Assembly: GCA_905178155.1 (NCBI GenBank)
Contig: CAJINV010000010.1
Location: 124,001-188,000 of the forward strand
Reading direction: 5' to 3'
Source: Amoebophrya sp. A120
Taxonomy: Eukaryota > Protista > Dinoflagellata
Length of the DNA stretch: 64,000 nt
This document shows positions 39,142-50,473 of the stretch, one piece after another. Made by a program: the position numbers and the translations under genes. Within the stretch, counting starts at the first letter, position 1. Each line of letters begins with the position of its first letter. A model generated the notes under the pieces. The model worked only from the letters and a program-made list of their open reading frames with translations, had not been told where the DNA came from and made no database searches.

Positions 39142-40123
39142 CACCACGCGCGCTTTATCGGAGGGGGAGGCTGCACTGAAACGGGTTCAAATGCAGGTGG
39201 TCGTGATTGCCATGCTTATTATTTTGCGTTTTCTTGATGTTCTTGAACAACGATGAAAAAAAATCCTTTCCATCTGTGAGTGCTATTCATACTGTAGAAA
39301 GACAACGTCAAAGCAGCCAGGCAGTTGCATAAACTCAAACCGAACGAAGTCATATTAGAACCGTACCTTGCCTGCTCGGTAATTCGTACTTCGTCTTCAG
39401 TGGAGAATTTGATTAACTACACATCGCAGAAGTCGCACGAGATACGACTACGAATATAATGAAGACGCCGAAGCTTTTCACGATCATCATACCTCCTATC
39501 GCTACGGTACAAGTCGATTGATCCCTACGACTACGAATGACGACTCGGCCCTTCCTTGCCCCACGAGAGATGAAGAATGCAAGATGGAAAGAACGACGGA
39601 CAAACGTTTGGTTCATTTTCACCGATGAAAACTGAGATGATGATCGTCCCAAGGCACCGTCGGCACGACTTGACGAGAAAGGCGAGCAGGGTGTGGCCAC
39701 GAGGGAGGAAAACGACAAAAGGGGTTCCGGTTGGAAACCAAAGCGGAATCGAAAATAAAGCCAGAAGCGTATAAAATTTTCTCCGATTTAGTTGTCGATA
39801 TGGTCGCTATTTCCCGTTTACTCTTGCACGAATAATCGCTGCTGTGTGTAGTCGTGTTTTGCATCCAGCTTGAAAACGATGTAGATGTTGCGAGTAAAAG
39901 TACCGTTCAACTTAAATTGTACATCTGAAAAGTGGAAATCAACTGAGTGTAAATCATGCACTGAAACAATTGGAACAGAACCGTCAATGTAATGTAAAAT
40001 GTAAAAAACGTTGAGTCAAACGAAATAGAAATGCGGAAATCTAGCATGCACTTTTGAGATTTGTTACGAATTCCTCGTCCAAACTGCACGATTTGGTCTC
40101 GGTGAACTACTTCTGAACGAAGT

Positions 40124-42381
40124 TCACTGCGCCGCTCCGTACCCGTACGCAGCTGCTCCCTGGTTGTAACCGTACGCAGCTGCTTGTTGGTTGTAGCCGT
40201 ACGCAGCCGCAGCCCCCTGGTCGTACCCGTAGGCTGTATGACAGTGCACAACTCCCCCTCCCCCTCATTTGTATTGCATGAACAGCAATACAAACGCCAG
40301 CGATCCTGGAGCTTGTGCATGGCAAATTTATGTAACTGTTTGGGCTTTCGAAATTTGTCATGCAAACATTGCCACAGGGAAGCGACTGGATTTGGGATTT
40401 TGCATGACAAACGAGGGGCGGGAGTTGTGCACTGTCATACGCTGCTCCCTGGCCGTACAACCCGCCATAAGCGGCGGCGGCCCCTTGTTGCTGGTCATAG
40501 TACGCTGCCCCCTGGCCTTATGGAAGCGTCAGGTTTGAAATCGTCAAAGTTGAAATAATTTGTAATGCATAAAATGCATGACCCGAGGTACGTGTGTTGC
40601 AGAGCAGGCAAGTGAGGCCGATTGTCAGCCTGTTTGGGGTTACAGATCGAGCGGCTAAAGTAGCATGAGAAAATCGCTCTTCTTTGCCTAAGCAGCATGA
40701 CAAACTGGATTTAGGGACCACCGAAATTTGTCATGCGCCAGTTGGAAACTGGGTCCCAACTGGCGTCCATTTTATGCATGGCAAATTATTTCAACTTTGT
40801 AGATTTCAACTCTGACACATCCATAGGCCTTGCTGTCGATCCCGAACCAGGGCGTGCTGGTCCGCCGCACTCAGCCCTCCGGGCGCCGAGTTGCGATCGC
40901 CGTCGGAAGTCGTAGAAGTGGCTCGGAAACAGTAGCAGTACACCAGAACCCCAGCCACTGCAATCCCGACGACGCCGACGCCGAAAAGCACGAAGAAGAT
41001 GATCATGCTTTGCTGCGCCATCCCATTGACGCCGTCCGCCATGTCCTTGGCCTGATTCGCGTTGGCTCCGAAGATGCTCGTCTGGGTCGTTGGTGTCCCG
41101 GCTGCTTGCTGCGGCTGCTGTTGCCCGTCCGGCAGTTGCTGTTGCTGTTGTGCAGCTCCTGCTGGGGGTTGCACTTGTTGTTGCTGTGGGTCTTGCACTT
41201 GCTGCGCCGGTGCAGCAGCAGGGCCCCCTTGCATTTGCCCGTCTGCCTTGCTCACTTCCTGCTTCTCGGTCTGCCCGACAGCCAGTTTTTCGTGCTCCTG
41301 CACAAAAGTACTTTCGGCACCATCAACCGGAGCTGCTGCTGTCTTGCTGGTCCCGGTCCCGGAGGAACTCGTAGTTGTACCTCTGGCATCAACCTCCGCT
41401 CCGCCGGTCACCATACCGGCAAAATCGAGCGCGAGCTGAAACATGGAAGCCGGCGAATCGTTATCATCAAGCAAAAAAATGTTAACGTTCTTAACGGCTT
41501 TGTGGCATTTTCGCAGTCATGCATGACAAATTTTTGCTATCATGATGCATGCTAGGCAATACAAATGTGGGAATCATTTCTTGTCGTGCACTCCTGCATT
41601 CCAAATTCTGTTAAAGTTACACACTTTTTGCTGTGATAATCGTTTTCCCGGCGCTCGAGAAATTTCTTGCTCTTTTCCTGCCCGTATCAAGTGCAAAAGT
41701 GTCTGGGTCTGGAAGAGTCGTGCTGTTTTTGCATGACGCACCAGAAGGTCTGGCATCGAAGCTCTAGCATCACAGGTCATCTCGAGAAGCTTCCGCCATG
41801 CCGAATCCGCATGACAAATCCCCCATTTATTTGGTGACAAAAAGCGGGCAGCTTTTGCTGCCTATGCACGAGAGATTTTTCTGTGTTCATCTTCATCTGA
41901 AACGCGCGTCACAGGTTTGTACTCTTCCAGACCCAGACATATTTGCAATGCATAGCCCGTTCTGGGAGCTGAAAAAGAGGAAGCTGCTGGAGGAAGGATC
42001 AACTTGTTTGGTATGATCAACTGCAGCTGCGCCGGCGGGGACGTCTTCGGAGGAAGAAGCTGTGGAGGATGACACGACAGGTGTTGTTTGTGTTTGATCG
42101 TCTTTGTCCTTTTCCGCTTGTAGTTCATCCTGCGTGGCTGGCAGAATTTCCGCCGGAGCATCAACATCAGAAGATGTTCCATCGTCCTTGGCCTGTGCCA
42201 TCCGATCGGCCTGGAGGTGATCTTGTCCTGACGTATCCTGCTCCACGGCCCCGGCGAAAGCGGTAAATTCCTGGAAGAGAAAAATGAAGGCCGTGATCGA
42301 CAGAAGCAAAAACTTGTTTGGAGCACGCGGCTCCGATGCCGCAACCACAATGCGGGGAGAAATCAGCGCACCGGTCGTCAT
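40124..42381 (-). CDS. QSDR-family membrane protein with AAYGY repeat tail; 4 introners
   Basis: LQADR, QNG|QEKSKKFLERREND|SPASMFQLALDFAG, TM IIFFVLFGVGVVGIAVAGVLVYCYCF. All four junctions traced in frame. Confidence 0.8.
41462..41638. mobile_element. Introner family J (TATCAnnnAAAAAAnTGTnAC TIR, ~180-215 bp)
   Basis: TSD atcgt. Related copy at 16879-17092 (tccct/tcccc). A further type at 56608-56816 (caggc). Confidence 0.8.
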
Positions 42382-42988
42382 GATACTTTTTTGTTTTTGA
42401 ACCAAAAAAATGTTGTTCCAGTGAAACTCACAAACTACTACGATTTATAGGTAGCGAGAGAAAATGTCGCGAAGAAAATTATTGACGATGTTTGGGCGGT
42501 AGTAGAAGTCATCATAGAAGATCTAGCAGACGAAGATCGATACGACACACGATTTTCGTTCACGACGACCCTTTCCTACTTAATCTAAAATTTGTTTCTG
42601 AAAACAATAGGATGTCACCTTGAGTGAGTGCTACGAAGCAGAACGAAACGACGAAGACTCATTCCTACAGAATCTTCAGAGATCTGGTTCACGATTACGT
42701 CAAGACACCGAAATCAATGCATTTTCATTTTCATTCATTGGGATTCTTGGACATGGAAACCACGAGCGAACTTTTGTACGACGCGGGCAACCGTAGTAGA
42801 CGGCGTTTATTTGATGCCATTCAGGTGTGTCAGTGGAAGGATGGACTTCAACAGCTTAGGAGTGTCAGTGTTCATAGTTCGACAATTGTTCTTCCACAAA
42901 AATCAGCTCACTTTCGCGGCGTGCGTCCGTGACCATCAGCTACTCCACACCCTGGCAATACTACGCTGCAGCTGCTCCACACGGGTTG

Positions 42989-43939
42989 TCATATCGATCC
43001 GTACGCTGCTCCCTGATCTTCATACCCCGCGTGGTCCGCTCCTGCGGCCGTATCCTGGTCTTGCTGCTGCAGAGCCCGCGTGGTCACTACGGCGTCCTGC
43101 TCCATAGCAGTCGTTGTGGTCTTGACATCGCTTTTTATTTGGTGAGTGCCACTAGAAGAAGAAGATGCACCACCATCTTCACGCCGGGGGCAAGAACAAC
43201 CACAGAAGTAGCACACCAGCACGATGATCACGGCGCCCGCCAGGATGCCGACCCCCAAAAAGCTGAGAAAAATCTTGAGGAAGGCAGCCCACAAATCTTC
43301 TTTTGCTCCCGCCGCGATCGATTGGCCGAGCGAGGTGCCGACGGGCCGGACCACATCTACATCAGAGACGGTCTTGGAGACTGCGTCCTGCAAAGATGAA
43401 GGCACCTCCAGGGGATCGTCGTTCTTTTCATCGTCCCGGCTGTGACGTTCTTCTTCTTCGAGGTGGAATTTCTCCGTTCTGGTTCTTTTGCTCCCCTGGT
43501 CTTGCTCGTTTTGCGATGCGGAGAAGAGGAAAGAAGTGCTCGCCGGGGGAGAGTCGTGTGCATGTGCTGCAATAGAGGGTGTTCTTACGGCCCCCGCATC
43601 TACCGGGCCCGAAGGGGCTCGTTGAGAGTTGACACCTTCATGATGTTGCAGCGCCGAAACGATCTCACGATCTACCGGAAGATTCATTTTCTCCAAGACG
43701 ACCACCTCTTTAGAGTTGCTAGTCTTCCTCTCCATCGAAGATCGAATTCGGTCAGCTTCTAGTAGGTCGCCAGGCGCCACCTCGTGTTTCAGTTGCTGTT
43801 CATCTGTTGATGTGTCGAGGTCGACTGTCTTTGCCCTTGCTCCGACAAGAAGAAAGACCGGATGTCCATCTTGACGCAGGTGGTTCGGCTGCAGAAGAAA
43901 GTAGATGAAGCAGCGAGACCAAAAACGAAGAAAAATCAT
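42989..43939 (-). CDS. Intron-less divergent QSDR-family membrane protein
   Basis: Uninterrupted ORF. LEADR, SFLFSASQN, TM FLKIFLSFLGVGILAGAVIIVLVCYFCGC, and a DQGAAYG tail like the neighbouring paralogue. Confidence 0.7.
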   Translation of the reverse strand: MIFLRFWSRCFIYFLLQPNHLRQDGHPVFLLVGARAKTVDLDTSTDEQQLKHEVAPGDLLEADRIRSSMERKTSNSKEVVVLEKMNLPVDREIVSALQHHEGVNSQRAPSGPVDAGAVRTPSIAAHAHDSPPASTSFLFSASQNEQDQGSKRTRTEKFHLEEEERHSRDDEKNDDPLEVPSSLQDAVSKTVSDVDVVRPVGTSLGQSIAAGAKEDLWAAFLKIFLSFLGVGILAGAVIIVLVCYFCGCSCPRREDGGASSSSSGTHQIKSDVKTTTTAMEQDAVVTTRALQQQDQDTAAGADHAGYEDQGAAYGSI

Positions 43940-44529
43940 CGTCGACAAAATGTGCGCGTTCGCCGAAACAACACTAGAAGGTGACTTTCTCGCCCGTGAT
44001 ATTTGATCCCGACGAGTGCCAATGCATTTTGTTACATTTTACAACAACAAAAAATGCCTACATAAACATCTGTGGCATGATGTACAATAGCGCTTCATGA
44101 TTCCATTTTCATCGTGTTGTAGCGCTGGCGCTAGTGATTTGAAAACGCCCTCCTTTCATCTTCATTCACCTTAAACGCGATGTTAGTAGAGGAGCAGAGC
44201 TAGCGCGGATTGCAATCATGATGTCACGACAACGAATCAAGTCGTCCCAGCACGACGACCACGACCCTATCAAATGTAAAAATGTCTGGGTCTGGAAGAA
44301 TGGAAGGCTTGTCATGCTTGTCTGGCATGACCCATGATGCTTGTAATGCATGACCCAGCATCACAGATTTTTGGAAAGCTTCCTGATGCCATTTCCGCAT
44401 GACAAATGCCCTCCTCGCGTAGCACAAATGTGGCTCCTCTTGCTGGTCATGCAATACAGATTTTTTTAGACTCCAAAGTTAGCATCACAAGTTCCAACTT
44501 TCCAGACCCAGACATTTTTACATTTGATA

Positions 44530-45967
44530 CGACCCGACCGGTCCTTATCTCGCCCACGCCTCCCCGGTGAACTTCTTTCCGCAGAAGCCCGTATCAAAAT
44601 GAAAAATCCCTCCTCCCCATATCAAATTGGAAATCTGTGATGCAGGATTTGTGTACAGGGATCGGCTTTGTCTTGCAGAAGAGGACTGCACGCAGATACA
44701 AAGCCTGAGCTGGGCTCTTTCGGTGTTGGCGCCTAGCAAGAGAGACGTATCCTCTGCGCGCCATACAGCATTACAAATTGCCCGCAAAGCACGGCGGAGT
44801 CTCTGGCTTAGCCTTATTGCAATACAGAGACGATTTGCGTCCGCAAATCAGCATCGCAAATTTTCAGAAGTATGTCTTTTCAGTATGGGGAGGGGGGATT
44901 TTTCCATACGATAGCCCGGGGTGTTTCCCTTGCGCCTGACGAAGTTGGAGTATCTGAAGCACAAAAACACCGCAGATGCTGCAGCAAGTGCTCAGAAAGA
45001 AGATGCCGATAAAGTACAACCAACACAGTTCATGCTCGACGACCCGGGTTTCCTCTACGTTCGTCGTCCTCTAACCGCCGAGGTGGTCGATGCGGAGCAC
45101 ATGCCGGGGAGTGCGAACCGTAGATGGTGGAAGAAGCGCTGTCCCCAGTCGCAGGAGCGGTGCAGCAAGCCGGGAGAGTGTAAGGACAAGAACTACTCGG
45201 GGGTGAAGATGACAAAGGACGATAGTTGCAAGGGAGTGTATTACGACCAGAAGATTGAAAATTGGACAAGTTTGGACGGAGATTACAAACAGCAGCTGCT
45301 TGGACGGTCGAGTCCTAAAAGTCCCGCTCTTCATCCCGTCGGAGGCCATGGCGACCAGAAAAACAGAAACAAAGCCGGCGACACGCCTTTCACCAAGCTG
45401 CTCTCCCTTCCGCTGGCGGAGTTTTTGCATCTCTTTTTGGAAGCGGATGAGAAGGAGATCCGGAAAATAGCGGAAGTAATCGACGTGACGGTGCAGGTGC
45501 ATATGCATTTGCAAAACTATAATCGTACTAGTATAAATCGCATGACAAATTAGCTCAGCATGAGAAATGGAATTTGTCATGTTGATTTGCCTTGGGATGG
45601 AGATTTGTAATGCATGACTGCGATTAGGATTACAACTACGAGTGCGATGCTTTTGCGCAGGATAGTGCACCTGACGGCGCAGTTTCTTCGGGTGAACGAT
45701 GAAGACAAACTGTTGAAGTGCAATCATGAATGTCACGACAACGAATCAAGTCGTCCCAGCACGACGACCACGACCCTGAGTTGCCGAGTGAAAGTATTTC
45801 ATCTTCAACGACGTGAAGGCGCCATTTCTTTCTACTTCGTCACCGATCATATGACATCACGACCGATATGTCACCTCGTGTTGCCAGTATGCGATGATAG
45901 ATCAATGCATCAGGACGACGAGACTGAGACAACTGTGCTTGACGTGATTGAAGAAGGTTGTAGGTGA
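44530..45967 (+). pseudogene. Plus-strand introner-containing gene fragment of unknown function
   Basis: Frame stays open across 44592-44913 and 45502-45664 (FFPQK|PGVFPL; VQV|HLTAQF). No in-frame start found upstream. Confidence 0.45.
44592..44913. mobile_element. Introner family G/M (TATnnnATGnAAAATCCCnCCTCCCCATA TIR, ~280-320 bp)
   Basis: TSD gcccg. Other copies: 33182-33503 and a diverged copy at 10372-10650. Confidence 0.85.
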
Positions 45968-46634
45968 AAGGAGTTGGACATCGAGTAGGACCGGGAGACA
46001 TATTTTTGTGCAGCATCGCTTTATATTCACATCGTTTTCATCATTTTGGAGGTCGATGCTCTCCCACAAAAATTGTACAAAAATATTCGATCGATCTCAT
46101 CTTCATCAACGGTCGGAAACTCGACCTGAAATATTCCAGTGTTAACATCAAGCGATAGAGTACATACGTGTTCGTGTGAAAATGATAAACAAGTAGACAT
46201 CATTCATAAAGGTCGCGCTCCTTCAGTGCTTGCAGCCACGGGGCACGACAGCAAACCGAGATAGTATAGAATCTTGTGCGATGAAAGACACACGTCAACA
46301 AACTTGGTCCGGAATAAAAAGTAAAAATGCAGCTACTCACCATCGTAGTCGTGGAGGTTGTGGCGCATCTCTTTACCCTCAATAGTTTCCGGAAGAAGAC
46401 GAGTCCCAGTCCCCCGGCGGGGTGACAGACTCGACTCTATCGAGGAGTAGAGCTAGAGTTTATGCTAGTACATTCATGATCAGCCTGTGGTGACAACGTG
46501 TAGTCGACGTCCGTGGAACTGCTACAGGAGTTCGACGTGCTCCTTCAGATAACAAATCTGCTGCTCCTCCTTCTCCGAATGTAGAAGAAGTGGACCATCA
46601 ACTACCTCCGATGTAGTACAACTTGTCGTCCTGC

Positions 46635-49260
46635 TCACGACTCCTGCTGGGTCCCCCCGTAGTCCTCCGCCCCCTGCACCCGCTCCTGCTCACGTGCTAT
46701 CAAATGCAAAAGCGTCTGGGTCTGGAAGAGTGCAGACTTGTCACGCATATTTTCCATGCCCCATGAGGTCTGGAATGCGGGGCCTAGCATGACAGATTCT
46801 GCGAAGTCTCTATCATGCCCACCCTGCGTGAGAAACTCCCGCTCATGTTGGTATAAAAAAGGACAACTTTTGGCGATCACGCAACACAGATTTTTGTGTG
46901 AAGACCCACAGGACGCATCACAAATTCCATCCTCACAGACACAGACATTTTTGCATTTGATAAGTGCGCGGAACAGCGCGTTCTGGTCCGCTGCAGTCAG
47001 TCCGCCGGGGCCCGGAGTTGTTGTAGCTGCTGTCGCGGCCTGCTTTTTGGCGTCGCTGGAGTCCCAGTATGAACTGCAAAAGTATCATACTCGTATAAAC
47101 TATAAATGCATATACAAATCTCCCCAGCATGAGAAATAAAATTTGCAATGCGGATTTACCTCGGGAAAAAGATTTGTAATGCATGATTGCAATACGAATA
47201 CGATACTTTTGCACAGGATATCCAGCACCGCACGATGATGTAGAAGATGATTCCAAGCACGATCATATCAATTGCAAATATGTCTGGGTCTGGAAGCGAG
47301 GAAGTTTGTCATACTCAGCGAGCATGACTTTCAAGTCTGTCATGCACGTTATCCAAAAGCTGAAGCTCGAGCTCCAATTTTCTGTCATGCGAAAACGCAG
47401 TTTGTCATTCTGAATAGACAACACGTAGCAAGTCCGAAACTTGTCATGCTGAGCCGTCACTTGTGGCATCCTCATGATTCGCCACTCAGCATCACAAGTT
47501 TCCAGACCCAGACACTTTTGCAATCCATAGATCACCCCGGCGCAGCCCAAAAAAACGATCGTGCACACCATAGCACAAGCGCATCCTTTCGCGTATGCAA
47601 GAAAAAAACTGCGTAAGTTGTGTAACTTTCTTGGAGGATAGCATCACAAGTTTGCTCGGCATGACATAGAAAACCACCTGTCATGCGCAGCTAGTACAAC
47701 GTGTATTAAACACGTACGTGTAAACACGTACGAAAGTAAGAGCCTCTGACGCATGTCCAACAAGACAGGAGGTGTACTTGTCTTGCATCGTCTGCAACAC
47801 AAAGTTACACCTACACAGTTTTTTTGTTGGATATTGCGGTCATGTCCACTGCTGTGCCCACGTCGTTTGCCATGTTGGCTTTCGCCTGCTTCCAAGCGGT
47901 ATGCTGCGCAAAAGCATCTTCGCACTCGTTCTAAAAATCGCAGGCGTGCAAGACAAATCTCCTTGTTTCGCTTTCAAAGCTAAATCAGCATGACAAATCC
48001 ACCCACTACTTGATGCACAACTTGTCACGCTGAGCTAATCTCGATCTTTTGTGTACTTGTTGCAATGACAACTACTAGTACTTAGTGCGAATCTTTTGCA
48101 AGATTTCCATTTCGTAAGCTGCGTTAGAGGTGGCCTGGAGATCCTGCGAAGCCGTCATCTGCTGCTGCTGCTGCTGCTGCTGTCCCTGCTGCTGTCCCTG
48201 CTGCTGTATGCTGGATGTGTCAGGTTTGAAATCGTCAAAGTTGAAATAGTTTGTCATGCATAAAACGGATACCAGTTAGACCTGCAGTCTGTAGTCGGTG
48301 CATGGCAAATTTTCCCGGTCCTGGAAGCGAGTCTGTCATGCGGTTTACGGCAAAAGAGCTGCCTTCTGTCTTGCTAGTTAGCAGTCCAACTTTTGACCCT
48401 TGCCAAGACTATAATCTGCCTCCCTTGGGTCCTCTGCAATAGGGTCACTCTTTGCATCGCATTTTATGCATTACAAATTATTTCAACTTTGACGATTTCA
48501 AACCTGACGCTTCCATATGCTGTCCACCTCCGGTATTCGCGTTCAGCTTTTCCAGTTCCACAAAAGTGGTGGCAGATTTCGTTTTCGACGTAGCAGCAGC
48601 ACACCCGGTTGATGTGCCAGCATCGTCGTCCTCCTCGTCACCCGCGCAGTTGTTGTGGCTTGCGAGCTCAACATCCCCAGCGTACCCGAGAGTGATGCTA
48701 ACCGTATCAGCCAAGTCGATCATGGTTTGAAACGTCCACGCAGGCTCCCGGTCTTCTCGTCGCTCCAGAAACTTCTTCGTTTTGCTCTGCCCGTTCTGGG
48801 TAAAAGCGAGGAAGCTCGTCCAGGAAGGCTCTTCTTGTTCAAGATCGCTGGCAGTTGTAGTAGCAGAAGCTTGTCGTGCTGTGGATGATGGTGCACCAGG
48901 AGCTCCTTGCGCTGGTGGCTCCGCAGGAAGAAGACCCGAAGGATGATTTTGATTCTTCTCATCTGCAATTTTCGCCTTGTAGTTTTCATCGTCCTTACTG
49001 CTACTACTGGTCTTGGCTCCTGCGCGGTCGGACTGCATGTCTTTACTTGTTTTACTGACCCGCTGCGTGTCGATGGCTTCGACGGCAGTATGGACAAAGA
49101 CGGCGCTGTTGTTAGTCAGGAATTGCAGCTGGTGCCGTAGTACTGTCGTGCTCGTCCACAGAAAAAGTTGTCTCCAACATGTAGCTGCCCTGGTTGTTAT
49201 TTTCAACGCCGGGGCAGCACAAGCCGCCGTCGACGAAGAGCGTCCTTTTCGGAGGTTCAT
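46635..49260 (-). CDS. QSDR-family membrane protein; 6 introners
   Basis: MQSDR, QNGQSKTKKFLERREDREPAWTFQTMIDLAD, poly-Q, TM exon at ~47530-47593, PGGLTAADQNAL tail similar to the 40.8-kb paralogue. Confidence 0.75.
47594..47833. mobile_element. Introner family L (TATGCAAGAAAAAAA...GTAACTTTCTTGGAGGAT core...TTGGATA, ~210-240 bp)
   Basis: TSD tcgcg/ttgcg. Other copies: 32538-32763 (gcacg) and 60389-60597. Confidence 0.85.
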
Positions 49261-50473
49261 TTTTTTTCCGTCACTTGTTTCAATGAAGACAAAAAAAAAC
49301 ACGGTACTGCGAGCCTTGACAGCAAAAGCTCCCTGACCAACAGCAAAAACTGCAAGAGAATTTGGGTGAATTGTTGTCGGTATACGGATGTTTTTTTCAT
49401 ACAATCATGAAAATCAACATGTGTCAAAGGATGCAGGGGCATTGGTTTTAGCCTATTCGTATATACAACACGATACGATTTTTACGATGCAAACTACTTG
49501 TTTTCCTACAGCATGGCTTTTCCATCTTCTTCACGAAACGCCAAAGCGAAGGCCGTAGAGCAGGATAGGCGCGGAAGTTATAAGAATATACAGTGCTAGC
49601 TACAACTTCTTGCAGACCACCAGTGACGACCCTACAGAGCATGAAACAGACCACCACGAGTTGTAGTTCTATGTGTGCGACGATCAGACGAGCAGCACTA
49701 GTAACGATGAGGCGCAACGGTGAGCAGCTGATCGTGATGACTGACTCCTTATGACGAGTGTGACCTTAAACGATCGTGCGCGTGATTGCTGACGGCACGC
49801 CTGCTGAAACCGTGGCGTGTTTCTACGCGGCAACGCAGCACGCGTGCCCAAGACGAGGCGAGTCTCGTCTCCTACCCATTTTCATTTTTTCCTTTTCCAA
49901 AGCAAAATGCGTAGTATACAGGTTTACAACGAGTTTTTCTTAAAGCGATTCGTTAGTTGGAAACAAACGCCACTCTCTACTGAGCACGATGTCATCATGA
50001 AAAGCGCTTCTTCAATAAGAGGTGTGTCTCGATAAAATTTGTACAAAAATGCTACAGAAATTGCAAAATAAAACAAGCCAGTCGTAGTGGACAAATTCAA
50101 AGGTCACAGCAATTTTCATCAAAACTTAGTAAACACAAACAGATCGTAGTTGTAAGATGTAATGTTAAAAGCAGAATGAAAAGTCAAATGCTAAAAGCGA
50201 ACAATCAAACAGTCGTACAAACACAAAAACGGTGCATCAACAGCGGTAGAAGTCGGCGGCTTCTACCGAGGTTTAAAGAACTTGAAGTCATTCATTCTCA
50301 TTCCTAAAAATCAAATCTGTATCTGAAAATAACCCAATTGAAGTAGTAGTAGATGTAAGACATACTGCTGAAGCTGAAATAACGGAGCAGAAGGAGTGCG
50401 CCGGTGATCCACTTCGCAATAGTAGACAAAGACATACTCGAGCAAATAAATTGTAAGCACGTCCTCGATCATT

